Source of the DNA: a virus
Taxonomy: Duplodnaviria; Caudoviricetes
IMG/VR virus record: IMGVR_UViG_3300010362_000020
Location: 1 to 53,370 of that record
Reading direction: 5' to 3' (one strand)
DNA length: 53,370 bases
Shown in pieces: positions 26,559-36,363 of the stretch. The position numbers were made by a program, and so were the translations under genes. Positions within the stretch are counted from its first letter, which is position 1; every line of letters begins with the position of its first letter. The notes beneath the pieces were generated by a model. It saw only the letters and a list, made by a program, of their open reading frames with translations. It made no database searches and had not been told where the DNA came from.

Positions 26559-27668
26559 CTACGCGGCGACCAGCTGTCGCCCCTTGGCCAGCACCTTGGC
26601 CGCCAGCTGGTCCAGGGCGAGCCGGTCGTCCTGGTAGCCGCTGGCCTGCGAGGCGCGCGTGAGCCCCTGCGCGATGCCCCAGCAGCTGCGGGGGTTGCCG
26701 TCGAAGTACTCGACCGCCGTGCGGTACGCCGTGTCGGCGTCGGCCTGCGTGGCGCCCATCTTCCGCAGTTCGTCAACCAGCCCCTCGCGGGTCTCGGCCA
26801 GTTCCAGGTTGATGAGCGAGCGAATCAGCGCTTCGTCGGCGCTCGCGGGGCGGTTCGCCAGCTTGCGCGCCATGGCGCCCACTTCCCGTACGACGTCGCG
26901 CAGCACCTGCGTGCCGACGTGGCGCCGCTTGAACTGGTGGCCCATCACGGCGCCCCAAAAGTTGTGGTTGCCGCAGATGTACTGATAGAGCACTTCATCG
27001 AGCCAGACCGACGTGAGCCCCACCTCGGAGTTACGCAGCATCAGCCCGCGGTACATCTGGCCGTTGCCGTTCTGGGCGCTCGGGTCGTTGACGATCGAGC
27101 CGCCGTGCGTGAGCACCAGGAAGCTGTCGCGGTCGGAGAGATACGCCCCGGCGGGCTGGCCGTCCCACGTCGGCGGCGTCGACCAGCCCTGCGCGCAGAG
27201 GCTCTCCACCACAGGCGCGTAATAGTCGGCGTCCCACAGACGCCCGTAGGTCTCGCTGGTGATCGCACGGGCCGTGACCGTGCCGGTGGCGGGCGTGCGC
27301 TCGGCCAGAATCACGGCTTTCTGCCCGATCTGGGTCGCCTGCAGCCCGTGATTGAGTGCCGCCGCGGCTACGTCGGAGGGCAGCGTCCGCACATACGCCG
27401 CCGGGGCGCCGACCAGCCTGCACAGCTGCCCGTGTGACCACGGCGTCAGGTCCGCCTGCCCACGGGGCGACGCCAGCGCCACCCGGCCCTGTCGCCCGTC
27501 CCCGCTCTCGACCGGGACCACCTGGAGATCCTTGGCGTTCCAGGTGATCTCGCGGCTGTTGCGCTTGCGCTCGGCGGCGACCTGGACCAGGTGCTCCGGC
27601 GACTCCATGCGCTCGTCGGCGGGGCGGCTGTAGTACTCGGCTGCGGCGGTAGTGATCACTGATGACAT
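26559..27668 (-). CDS. DUF932-like protein; first gene of the leftward early operon
   Basis: SRPADER, WSHGQLC, RAITS..YGR.WD, RNSEVG, ICGNH motifs. Confidence 0.75.
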   Translation of the reverse strand: MSSVITTAAAEYYSRPADERMESPEHLVQVAAERKRNSREITWNAKDLQVVPVESGDGRQGRVALASPRGQADLTPWSHGQLCRLVGAPAAYVRTLPSDVAAAALNHGLQATQIGQKAVILAERTPATGTVTARAITSETYGRLWDADYYAPVVESLCAQGWSTPPTWDGQPAGAYLSDRDSFLVLTHGGSIVNDPSAQNGNGQMYRGLMLRNSEVGLTSVWLDEVLYQYICGNHNFWGAVMGHQFKRRHVGTQVLRDVVREVGAMARKLANRPASADEALIRSLINLELAETREGLVDELRKMGATQADADTAYRTAVEYFDGNPRSCWGIAQGLTRASQASGYQDDRLALDQLAAKVLAKGRQLVAA

Positions 27669-27811
27669 GGCGACCTGCTTTCTGTGTTCTGGCGCCTAGC
27701 TGGGCTGGCGCGGTTCCTGTTGGTTGTGGTCGGCAGGCGCTCGGGGTGCTCGCCCCTCGCTTTCTCGTTGTGAGTTGCCCGCCGCCCCGCTGAAGTGCTG
27801 CGGGAGCCCCG

Positions 27812-27841
27812 ATCCTACAGGTAGGGCAATGTAGCTGTCAA
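27812..27841 (-). promoter_or_regulatory. Sigma70-type early promoter
   Basis: TTGACA-N18-TAGGAT on the minus strand. Confidence 0.65.
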
Positions 27842-28275
27842 GAGGGCGCTAGACGGTGATAAAGTCGCCTGCACGGCAGACTACTGTGTAGCGGAACCAG
27901 ACACATCGGCATACCCCCCTGGAGCATGCGCTACTTTTGCATCACTTAGCCTGTGGAAAACGCCGCTAACTTAGGCAAACCGATATGGCCCTAGAACGCC
28001 CTACGCTGCCCTACGTTGCACGCGCGGCGTTTTCGGCCATCTCGGTATGGCCGGGGCCGAGATCTCGCGTCCTGGACGAAATACCGATCTAGGCAGACTT
28101 CCGGGTTTCGGTGGCGTCCTGGCGTCCAGGCGGGCGCCAGTTGGAAGGGCGCAGAATTGGGGATCCTGCGGTACGGCGTCGCAACCAGCACTAGTAGAAC
28201 GGGATCCGGCGGTGCGCTCGACCGCGACCCGCCCCGGCTCCCAACTGAGACGGCCAGCCCGCCCCGCCCGACCGC

Positions 28276-28353
28276 CGCGCCAGCGTGCAAGGGGCAGCGC
28301 GCCAGGATGCAGCCCAGCGCGCCAGCGTGCAGGGGGCAGCGCGCCAGCGTGCA
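28276..28353. repeat. Four direct repeats of CGCGCCAG(CG/GA)TGCA
   Basis: Starts at 28276, 28298, 28318 and 28340. Confidence 0.85.
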
Positions 28354-28526
28354 GGCGGGCGCATTGTCCGCGAGGTGGGGCGCGGGCGGCGCGCGAGCGC
28401 ACGCGCCCGGCGTCAGATCAATTTTGAAAATTGTGAAAAGTTGTGGGGCCCCGGGGGCGGGAGGTGGTGAAGATGCCATCACAGACGCCGGGCGTCGCGA
28501 TGACCGAGTGTGATAGCCTCCGGCGC

Positions 28527-28820
28527 ATGCCCGCCCTCTGGCTCGCGCAGCTGCTCTGCCCCGCACGCCACGCCATCTGCGCCCTGGCCTACGACGCCGA
28601 GACGACCGCCCCCGCCGACGTCGACGCCCAGTTACTGCGGGTCGTCGACGGCACCCAGGGAGTCAATCCCTGGTGCGGGCTCTGTGGCAGCCGGGAGCTG
28701 CACGTCGAGCACGGCAAGCTCCGCACCAATGACTGGGAGGAGGCGACGCAGCAGCTGCGTGAGCTCGAAGAGCGGCAGCTGGCGACGCGGCTCGCCCTGG
28801 GGGAGGCGAGCAGGAACTGA
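28527..28820 (+). CDS. Hypothetical Zn-binding protein
   Basis: LCPARH...NPWCGLCGS; start uncertain (28500 or 28527). Confidence 0.65.
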   Translation: MPALWLAQLLCPARHAICALAYDAETTAPADVDAQLLRVVDGTQGVNPWCGLCGSRELHVEHGKLRTNDWEEATQQLRELEERQLATRLALGEASRN

Positions 28821-29086
28821 TGCCGCGCATCGAGCTGCACCTGGTCGACGGCCGCGTCTTCGACCTGACGGGGTTCACCGGCGAGGCGGTCGTCGATCTC
28901 CTCACGCGCGAGGGGATCAGGCCGGGCGACATTCGCCAGACGCGGCACATCCTCGACCAAGATGTGGTGCCGTCGATCATCTGCCCGCGGTGTGGCTGGC
29001 GCTCCTACAACCCACACGACATCGCCGAGCGCTACTGCGGCCACTGCCGGGAGTTCCACGACGCCCTGATGGACAGGGGGATCTAG
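28820..29086 (+). CDS. Hypothetical Zn-ribbon protein
   Basis: ICPRCG..SYNPHD...YCGHC..FH. Confidence 0.7.
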   Translation: MPRIELHLVDGRVFDLTGFTGEAVVDLLTREGIRPGDIRQTRHILDQDVVPSIICPRCGWRSYNPHDIAERYCGHCREFHDALMDRGI

Positions 29087-29126
29087 ACACCGCCGCGTTT
29101 TCGCCCCCAAGCTGCGGCCAGCCATC

Positions 29127-29489
29127 ATGCTGCGCCGCTTCGCGACTGCGCTGCTCTTCCGCCGCGCCTCGCGCGACCTGACCGACATCGCCGCCGCCCT
29201 GCGCGTGCAGAACGCGCTCCTCACGCGCCTGGCCGATCGCTTCGCCCCGATCGACCCGCCCACCGAACGCGCCGAGGTGCGCGAGGACACCGGCGTCAGC
29301 CACCTCGATGTCAACGACGCGCTGCTCGCGCTCGACTACGTCGCCCGCACCCAGCGCGACACCGGGCACGTCCCCGACGACGACGAGGTGCTCATCTACC
29401 TGGCCGACGAGAAGACCCACGACCTCCATGCGCGCCTGGTCGCGCGCGACGGCGAGCTCGAACGGCTGCGCGAGGGACGCGCGTGGTGA
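29127..29489 (+). CDS. Hypothetical protein
   Basis: GC3-biased ORF. Confidence 0.65.
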   Translation: MLRRFATALLFRRASRDLTDIAAALRVQNALLTRLADRFAPIDPPTERAEVREDTGVSHLDVNDALLALDYVARTQRDTGHVPDDDEVLIYLADEKTHDLHARLVARDGELERLREGRAW

Positions 29490-29647
29490 CGAAAGACGCG
29501 CCCACCCCCGCACGCCCCACCCCGACCCGCGAGAGCGATCGGCTCCTGCGGCCCCACCCCCCGGCGCCCGTCCCCCCGCGGGTACACCTGGCGCCCCCAC
29601 CGAAAACGCTCGCCTATGCGCTGCTGGGCGCGCGGGTGGTCAAGTGA
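29486..29647 (+). CDS. Small Pro-rich hypothetical protein
   Basis: GTGA coupling at both ends. Confidence 0.4.
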   Translation: MTKDAPTPARPTPTRESDRLLRPHPPAPVPPRVHLAPPPKTLAYALLGARVVK

Positions 29648-29796
29648 GTCGCCTCGATCGCCTGTGGTGGTGGATCGCGATGCGCGTGCCGCGGCGGCTG
29701 GCGTATTTCTGCTTCCTCCGCGTCCACGCCGCCTCTGAAGCCTGGTGGCCGTTTGACGCCGTGGCCCGGCAGTGGGAGCAGGGAGGATGCGCGTGA
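29644..29796 (+). CDS. Small Trp-rich hypothetical protein
   Basis: GTGA coupling at both ends. Confidence 0.5.
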   Translation: MSRLDRLWWWIAMRVPRRLAYFCFLRVHAASEAWWPFDAVARQWEQGGCA

Positions 29797-30506
29797 GTCG
29801 CGCCCGCGGCCGGCCTGCGACCGCCACTTCGGCGCTCGTGCCCGCCGCCGCGCGCCGCGACACGGCCATCGCCGACCTCGAAGCGGTCCTCAACGCGGAT
29901 GCGATCGAGGTGTTCGCCAAGGCGGTGGGCGGCCGCGAGCAGCTCGCCGACACCCTCGCGGTCACCGGCACCGGCAGCGAGATCGAGCGGATCACGACCT
30001 TGCTGCTCGACCCGCGGTATGCCCAGTGGAGCCTCGCGCGGCTCTGCCAGACGGTCGGCCTCACGGTCGCCGATCTGTTCGCGACCTACCGCAAGGCGCT
30101 CATCGCGCGGGCGCACATCGAGGCCAGCCACATCATCGCGGCCAAGCTCCCGCCGGTGGTGACCGACGTGATGGACAAGGCGATCTCGGATCCGACGGTC
30201 GAGCGCCAGAAGCTCGCGCTCGAACTCGGCCAGCTCCTCGAAAAGAAAGGCGGGCTCATCGTGCAGCAGAACGCGATTGCCGCGAACCTGACCGCCACCG
30301 CACCGGGCGCGCTCGAACAACTCCAGCAGGCGGTCGGCGACCTGCTCTTCGGCGGGGCCCGCGCCCAGGACACCGACGAAGTCGAGCGGCGCGATCCGCC
30401 GGTGGAGCTCCCCGACCGGCCGGGCGAGGGCGACGAGGAGGAGCCCCCGCTGCCCTTCGAGGACCCGGCCGATCCACCCGGCCCGCCGCGCGTGCCCGAG
30501 CGGTAG
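29793..30506 (+). CDS. terS: Putative terminase small subunit
   Basis: HTH-like SLARLCQTVGLT, helical core, acidic tail; directly upstream of terL. Confidence 0.6.
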   Translation: MSRARGRPATATSALVPAAARRDTAIADLEAVLNADAIEVFAKAVGGREQLADTLAVTGTGSEIERITTLLLDPRYAQWSLARLCQTVGLTVADLFATYRKALIARAHIEASHIIAAKLPPVVTDVMDKAISDPTVERQKLALELGQLLEKKGGLIVQQNAIAANLTATAPGALEQLQQAVGDLLFGGARAQDTDEVERRDPPVELPDRPGEGDEEEPPLPFEDPADPPGPPRVPER

Positions 30507-30512
30507 ATACAT

Positions 30513-32804
30513 ATGTATCACCCGGATGTGATCGCGGAGCGCGAGGCGGCGGCGACGCGCCAGTTCGGGAGTGCCTTCCCCGGCGGCGTGATCCCCCGCT
30601 ACTCGGTGCGCGAGAGCGCCACGCTCACCGCCTCCGCGATGGCCGCGGTCGACGACGAGGGCACGCAGACCCGGCCGCTCACCGAGGACGAGTCGCTCTT
30701 CGTCTCCAGCGCGCGGGTGCGCGTGATCTTCGACTTCCCCTACTTCGCCGAGCGCTTCTGCTGGATCGACATGGAAGGCCACGGGCTGCGCCGGCTCACG
30801 CCCTTCTGGGAGTCGCAGCGCCTGGTGCTCGATCAGCTCGGACGCATCGAGCAGGCGAACCGCGCGAGCGGCTCCCCCGACGGCCTGCTCCTCAACATCC
30901 TCAAGGCGCGGCAACTCGGGGTCTCGACGCTCAGCGAAGCGCTGGTCGCCCACCGCATCTGCACCCGCGCGCACATCCGCGCGCTCTCGGGCGCGGACGT
31001 CGAGGAGCAGGCGGCCTACCTCTTTCGCATGGTGGTGCGGATCTACGACCAGCTGCCCTGGTTCCTCAAGCCGCGGCGCGTCTACTTCAACAAGAACCGC
31101 GAGCTCTCGCTCGCCAACCAGTCGTTCCTCAAGACCGCCTGGGGCAAGTCGACCCGCGGTGCGCTCCAGGCCACCTCGGGCCTGGAAGGATCGAAGGGCT
31201 CGATCGGCCGCGGGCAGACCTACTCGGTCGTCCACATCTCCGAGCTCCCGACCTGGGAGAACCCCGAGCAGCTCGACACCGCCCTCCTGCCGGCCATTCC
31301 CTACGCGCCCGACACGCTGGTCCTCTACGAGGCGACCGCGGAGTTTGCCGGCGACTGGTGGCACAAGCACTGGCTGGCCTCGGGCGCCGGCGAGGGCCGC
31401 TTCAAAAACATCTTCATTCCCTGGTGCGCGGAGCCGAAGAAGTACTCGCTCCCCGCGCCCCTCGACTGGACGCCGCTCACGACCACCACGCAGCACGCCG
31501 CCAAGTGCGAGCGCGACTCCCCGAAGTGGTTCGCCGGCCGCACGGTCACGCTCACCCGCGATCAGCTCTATTGGTACGAGAAGACGCGCTCCTTCTACGA
31601 GAAGAAGGGACAGCTCTACAAGTTCCTCAAGGAGTACCCGGCCGACGATCTGGAATGCTTCCAGTACGCGGGCCGCTCGGTCTTCACCCTCGAACAGCTC
31701 GAAGCGATCGACCAGGCGGGATCGCGGCCGCTCCTCGATGTGTGGGCGGTCGAACCCGCGCTGGAGATCGCGCAGCTGCGGCGCGACCCGGCGACGCCCT
31801 CCGCCGACCTGCAGGCCCGGCGCGTCGTGCCGCCGCTCGCCCCGCACCTCAGCCCGCGCAGCTCCGCGATCGCGCACGAGACCACGCCGGTCCCGCCCGG
31901 CTACGGCTTCCGGCGCCTCGACAAGGCGCAGCTCGCCGCGCTCCCGAACCTGCGCCAGGGCGTGCTCGCCATCTGGGAGTACCCGCGGCTCCGCGGCCCG
32001 CGCCGCTACATCCTCGGCGTCGACGTCTCTGACGGCCTGGGCCAGGACTACTCGGTCGTCGACGTCATCCGCCAGCCGACGATCGAAGAGCCCGCCGAAC
32101 AGGTCGCGCAGTACGTCACCAACGTCCTCGATCCCAAGGCGCTCGCCTTCATCTGCGACGCGGTCGGCCGCTACTACTGCGACGGCGACGGCATCGAGGC
32201 GCTCGCGGCGATCGAAACCAACAACCACGGGCTCGCCACGCAGGACACGCTGCAGCTGCACCTGGGCTACGCGCACTTCTACGTCTGGGAGTACGCCGAT
32301 GCGGCCTCGGTCGAGCGGCGCTACTCGACGCGCATCGGGTGGCTCACCTCGCCGCGCACGCGTCCGCTCCTGCTCGCCAGCTTCTACGGTGCGGTGACCG
32401 CCGTCGATCCGATCACGCACCAGCCCGACTTCATCCTCAACAGCCCGATCACCCGCGGCGAGCTCCGGCACTTCATCACCGCCACGACGATCGGCGAAGC
32501 CGAAGCCGCCCGCGGGCAGCACGACGACGGCGTGATGGCGGCGGCGATCGGCCACTACGTCGCCTGGCGCATGGCGGGCGGCGAAGTCGAGCCCATCGCC
32601 GAGCGGCGCCGGCGCAAGACCGCGCTCGACGCCCTCGCCAAGGACCGCCAGACCATCCGTCCCGACTACCGCAACTCGCCGGCCACCACCGAAGACGCCG
32701 ACGACCTGGAGACCGACTATGAAGAGCGCGTCAGCAGCGACGAGTTCTACAGCCTCAGCGACGAAACCGCGGGCCTCTACTTCGACGACCGCGATCGTGC
32801 CTGA
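30513..32804 (+). CDS. terL: Terminase large subunit
   Basis: ILKARQLGVST, VHISE, YEAT; nuclease motifs GVDVSDG..DYS, IETNNHG, HDDGVMA. Confidence 0.93.
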   Translation: MYHPDVIAEREAAATRQFGSAFPGGVIPRYSVRESATLTASAMAAVDDEGTQTRPLTEDESLFVSSARVRVIFDFPYFAERFCWIDMEGHGLRRLTPFWESQRLVLDQLGRIEQANRASGSPDGLLLNILKARQLGVSTLSEALVAHRICTRAHIRALSGADVEEQAAYLFRMVVRIYDQLPWFLKPRRVYFNKNRELSLANQSFLKTAWGKSTRGALQATSGLEGSKGSIGRGQTYSVVHISELPTWENPEQLDTALLPAIPYAPDTLVLYEATAEFAGDWWHKHWLASGAGEGRFKNIFIPWCAEPKKYSLPAPLDWTPLTTTTQHAAKCERDSPKWFAGRTVTLTRDQLYWYEKTRSFYEKKGQLYKFLKEYPADDLECFQYAGRSVFTLEQLEAIDQAGSRPLLDVWAVEPALEIAQLRRDPATPSADLQARRVVPPLAPHLSPRSSAIAHETTPVPPGYGFRRLDKAQLAALPNLRQGVLAIWEYPRLRGPRRYILGVDVSDGLGQDYSVVDVIRQPTIEEPAEQVAQYVTNVLDPKALAFICDAVGRYYCDGDGIEALAAIETNNHGLATQDTLQLHLGYAHFYVWEYADAASVERRYSTRIGWLTSPRTRPLLLASFYGAVTAVDPITHQPDFILNSPITRGELRHFITATTIGEAEAARGQHDDGVMAAAIGHYVAWRMAGGEVEPIAERRRRKTALDALAKDRQTIRPDYRNSPATTEDADDLETDYEERVSSDEFYSLSDETAGLYFDDRDRA

Positions 32805-33156
32805 GGTCGTCAGCCGCTCGCCCGAGGCGATCCTCGACGAGATCGAGCTGCTGCTCACGCGGATGCGCCGGCAGCTCGCGCCGCCCGCGCCCGCGCCCGG
32901 CCTGCATCTCACACCGCGCGAGACCGACCAGATCGCCGAAGCGCTCGGCCTGGGCGCGCGGCCAACCGCGGCCTCGATGCTCGCCGCGATCGATCGCCTG
33001 GCCTCGGTGCGCATCGGCGACATCCGCATCCCGTTCACGCCCGGGCAGCTCGCCGAGCTCCAGCACCGCGCCGCCAAGCGCGGGCGCACGGTCGACGCGG
33101 AGATGCGCGCGGTGGTCGCGCGCGTCGAAGACGAACTGTTCTACAAAGGTGGATAG
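32797..33156 (+). CDS. Protein with C-terminal Arc/RHH-like domain
   Basis: IRIPFTPGQLAELQHRAAKRGRTVDAEMRAVV. Confidence 0.6.
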   Translation: MPEVVSRSPEAILDEIELLLTRMRRQLAPPAPAPGLHLTPRETDQIAEALGLGARPTAASMLAAIDRLASVRIGDIRIPFTPGQLAELQHRAAKRGRTVDAEMRAVVARVEDELFYKGG

Positions 33157-33160
33157 CGCG

Positions 33161-33379
33161 ATGCCGCCGCGCAAGAAGCACGCGCCTCCCAGGAGGACTC
33201 CTGTGCGTAACGAAGAACACGACGAACACCAAGAGCACAAAGAGCACGCCGCGACGGGTCAGCCCGCCTCCGTGCCCGCGCCCGATCCCACGCCGACGGC
33301 CCCGGCGCCCCCGCCCGCCGACCCGCCGCCGGCGCCGCCGCTCGATCCGTCCGCCGTGCGCCCGATCGGATCGATCTGA
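33161..33379 (+). CDS. Small Pro-rich hypothetical protein
   Basis: TGATG coupling to the next gene. Confidence 0.5.
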   Translation: MPPRKKHAPPRRTPVRNEEHDEHQEHKEHAATGQPASVPAPDPTPTAPAPPPADPPPAPPLDPSAVRPIGSI

Positions 33380-33864
33380 TGGCGCTGCACGACTTCTGGT
33401 GTCAGGTCTGCGGCCAGGTGCTCGTGGACGTCGATGTGCCGATGGCGATCGGCGCCACCAAGGGCGCGCCGCTCCATTGCGGGAGGCCGACCGCCTGGAT
33501 CCCGCAGGTCGGGCGGATGGACGCGCTGGAGCCTTTCCAGGAGTTCGAGGTCCGCGATGGGCAAAACCACCTCGTCACGATCGACTCGCTCGCCAAGCTC
33601 CGCAAGATCGAGCGCGAAAGCGAGCAGCAGTACCGCAACGGCGAAGGGCAGCCGCTCGTCTGGCGGCGCTACTCGAACGACGACTCGAACAGAGACGTCC
33701 ACGCGCTCCACCCGGACTGGTCGGGCGGCGCGCGGCCCGACCCCGACTGGGTCCGGCGCCACGGCGCCGAGCTCCGCCGCGACGCGACGGTCGCCGACAC
33801 CGACTATGGGCCGGGCGTCAGCGACGCCACCCCCTCAGCCCTCGATGCTCTCTCGAAGGAGTGA
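33379..33864 (+). CDS. FmdB-like Zn-ribbon protein
   Basis: MALHDFWCQVCG...HCG; usual position between terminase and portal. Confidence 0.65.
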   Translation: MALHDFWCQVCGQVLVDVDVPMAIGATKGAPLHCGRPTAWIPQVGRMDALEPFQEFEVRDGQNHLVTIDSLAKLRKIERESEQQYRNGEGQPLVWRRYSNDDSNRDVHALHPDWSGGARPDPDWVRRHGAELRRDATVADTDYGPGVSDATPSALDALSKE

Positions 33865-33868
33865 CGCT

Positions 33869-34180
33869 ATGCCACAGACCGATTGGCAACCCACCGACCC
33901 ACCGCCGACCGATGGCCGCGACCGCCTGGTGGTGTATGTCCCCGGGGGACGGCAACTGGTCGCGCGCTTCGACGTGACGCAGACGGCCTGGGTCGCCGAC
34001 GGCGTGGGCCCGCTGCGCCCGGGGCCGACGCATTACCAGGAGCTGCCGACGCCCCCCGAGCCCGAGCCCGAGCCCAAGGCCAAGCCCGCACCAGAGGCCA
34101 AGGCCGCGCCCGAGGCCAAGCCCGCGGGTAAGCCTGCGCCCGAGGCACCGGACCCGTACGCCGACACGAAGAAGAAGTAG
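33869..34180 (+). CDS. DUF551-like protein
   Basis: WQPTDPPPTDG...PTHYQELPTPP. Confidence 0.6.
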   Translation: MPQTDWQPTDPPPTDGRDRLVVYVPGGRQLVARFDVTQTAWVADGVGPLRPGPTHYQELPTPPEPEPEPKAKPAPEAKAAPEAKPAGKPAPEAPDPYADTKKK

Positions 34181-34192
34181 GGAGCGCCGCCC

Positions 34193-36346
34193 GTGGCCGA
34201 CTTCTCGCCCTCCGGGGTCTACGCCCTCCCGCGCACCAGCGCCGAGCAGCTCCAGTCCGGGGACCCGCGGGTCCTCGGCTGGCTGCGCGAGTGGGTGCAG
34301 GAAGGCGATCTGATCAACCGCCAGGATCCCTCCTACGACCTGATCGGCAAGGCGCAGGACTACATCGTCGGCCAGCAGCTCTCGCCCGAGCAGTGCAAGC
34401 TGAAATACCTCCCGCAGGTCGTGATCAACGAGACGCGCAAGGCGATGCAGGCGCACGTCGCGGCCATTACCGACCTCAAGCCGGTCGCCGGCTGGAAGAC
34501 CAACCCCGAGTACCAGGTCCAGGCCAACATGCTGAACCAGTACCTCATGGCCGAGTGGATGACGACCATGATGGACCTGGACCTGGGCGACTGCGTCAAG
34601 TACTCGCTCGCCGGTGGCACCGGCGACCTCGTGATCGACTGGGACCCGCACGCCCCCCTCGGCGGCTCACACCAGCTCACCGCGCGCGACCCGCGCGACA
34701 CGCTCCCCCTGCGCCCCTCCTTCGGCCGCTCGAACCAGCTCTGGGAAGGGGTCTGCTTCCGCGAAGAGCACACCGTGAATGTGCTGCGCGGCATGTACCC
34801 CGCGAAGGCGCAGCTGTTCAAGGCCTCGCCCGACACGCTGCTCGGCCAGGTGATGGGGCGCTTCCGGACGGGCCTGAGCCGGCTGATCTCCCCGGCGGAC
34901 CCGCTCGACTCCATTGCCTGGCCGGGCTCGGCCGCGACCACGCGCCGCGCGCGCGCCGGATCGATCGTCGTCTACCGCGCCTACTTCCGCGATCGCACGC
35001 GCAACCTCACGCCGCAGGCGATCCCCATGGGCACCCCCGGCGCCAACTGGGCCTACCTGGTGCAGCCGCAGCAGCCGCTCTACCCCCGCGGGCGCCTCAT
35101 CGTCGCCACCGAAGACACCCTCATCTACGACGGGCCCAACACCTACTGGCACGGGATGTTCCCCTTCTGCCGGTTGAAGCTCTGGTCGGTCCCCTGGCAG
35201 TTCCTCGGCGTGCCGCTCTTCAACGATCTGCTCCCGCTCCAGGACGCGATCAACGACACGATGCACGACGTCCGCCTGGCGATGCGGCAGTGGACCAATC
35301 CCGACATCACCTACAACCGCACGGCGGTCTCCGAAGCGACGATGAAGCTGATGGACCCGCGGCGCCCCGGCAAGCGCGTGAAGGTGATGCCCGGCTTCGG
35401 CGATCCCTGGAAGAAGGAAGAGGGCCCCAACCCCTCGATCATCCAGATGGGGATCGAGATGTGGGAGAAGCTCACGCAGAAGTTTGCCGACCTCAGTGGC
35501 ACCGCGAACCTGCAGGCGCTCCTGCAGCTGCGCCAGATGCCCTCGGCCGACACGATCCAGAAGTACTACGAAGCGCTCACGCCCGAGATCCGCTCCGAGG
35601 CGCGCCAGGTCGAGCTCTTCCTGCGCGACTTCAGCGAGATGGTCAAGATCAACTACTTCCAGTTCCTCTCGCAATCGAAGCGCGTGCAGATCCTCGGGCA
35701 GGGCGGGCAGATGCTCAACGAGTTCGACTTCGACCCCGAGCAGTTCGTCCCCGCGCTCCTGCCCGGGCAACCGGGCTACACCCCCGAGCTCGATGCGCGC
35801 GAGACCACGCGCGACCAGCGCGCACAGTTTTTCCACAAGCAGTTCGTCTTCATCGTGCAGCCCAACTCGGTGCTGGCCATGGACGCCACCGAGCGCAAGA
35901 TGATGCGCGTGCAGCTGGCGCGCATGGGCTACTACGACTTCTGGTCGCTGCACGAGACGCTCGAAACCCCGAACGTCGGCGCGCCGCCGGCGATCCCGCT
36001 CCCGCCGCTCTCGCCGCCCCCCGCCGACGTGCTCTCGAACATGATCATGCAGGTGCAGCAGACGCCCGGCGCGCTCGGCGTGATGTCGACCGGCGCGATG
36101 GGCCTGCCGCAGTACACCGACCCGGCGAGTCAGCGTACCTTCACGATCGATCCGATGAGCGGCCAGATCCTCGAAGTGCGCGTCCCGGTCACGGTGACCG
36201 AGCGGCTGCAGGCGCAGGCCTCGCTCGGCATCGGCCAGACGGTCAACCCGGCGGGCCGGAAAGCCTCCGGCCAGGCACCACCGTCGTCGGAGACCAAGAA
36301 CGACGAGCCCGGGGGCCGCGCGACGATCACCGAGTCAGAGAAGTGA
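34193..36346 (+). CDS. Portal protein (P22-like size and position)
   Basis: 717 aa after terL; YWHGMFPF, G......PLQDAIN, disordered C-terminus. Confidence 0.85.
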   Translation: MADFSPSGVYALPRTSAEQLQSGDPRVLGWLREWVQEGDLINRQDPSYDLIGKAQDYIVGQQLSPEQCKLKYLPQVVINETRKAMQAHVAAITDLKPVAGWKTNPEYQVQANMLNQYLMAEWMTTMMDLDLGDCVKYSLAGGTGDLVIDWDPHAPLGGSHQLTARDPRDTLPLRPSFGRSNQLWEGVCFREEHTVNVLRGMYPAKAQLFKASPDTLLGQVMGRFRTGLSRLISPADPLDSIAWPGSAATTRRARAGSIVVYRAYFRDRTRNLTPQAIPMGTPGANWAYLVQPQQPLYPRGRLIVATEDTLIYDGPNTYWHGMFPFCRLKLWSVPWQFLGVPLFNDLLPLQDAINDTMHDVRLAMRQWTNPDITYNRTAVSEATMKLMDPRRPGKRVKVMPGFGDPWKKEEGPNPSIIQMGIEMWEKLTQKFADLSGTANLQALLQLRQMPSADTIQKYYEALTPEIRSEARQVELFLRDFSEMVKINYFQFLSQSKRVQILGQGGQMLNEFDFDPEQFVPALLPGQPGYTPELDARETTRDQRAQFFHKQFVFIVQPNSVLAMDATERKMMRVQLARMGYYDFWSLHETLETPNVGAPPAIPLPPLSPPPADVLSNMIMQVQQTPGALGVMSTGAMGLPQYTDPASQRTFTIDPMSGQILEVRVPVTVTERLQAQASLGIGQTVNPAGRKASGQAPPSSETKNDEPGGRATITESEK

Positions 36347-36363
36347 TCGCACGTCTGCTTCTC

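Noticed and set aside
28276-28353. Mini-CRISPR array
   Set aside because: Repeats of 14 bp with 6-8 bp gaps are too short
27991-28566. Overlapping ORFs in the divergence zone
   Set aside because: Low-complexity translations in several frames with no RBS or codon support
29486-29506. N-terminus MTKDAP shared with the RepA-like helicase (16113)
   Set aside because: Only six residues and no further similarity; probably coincidence
29640-33089. 1149-aa minus-strand ORF
   Set aside because: Antisense shadow of terS/terL, expected at high GC
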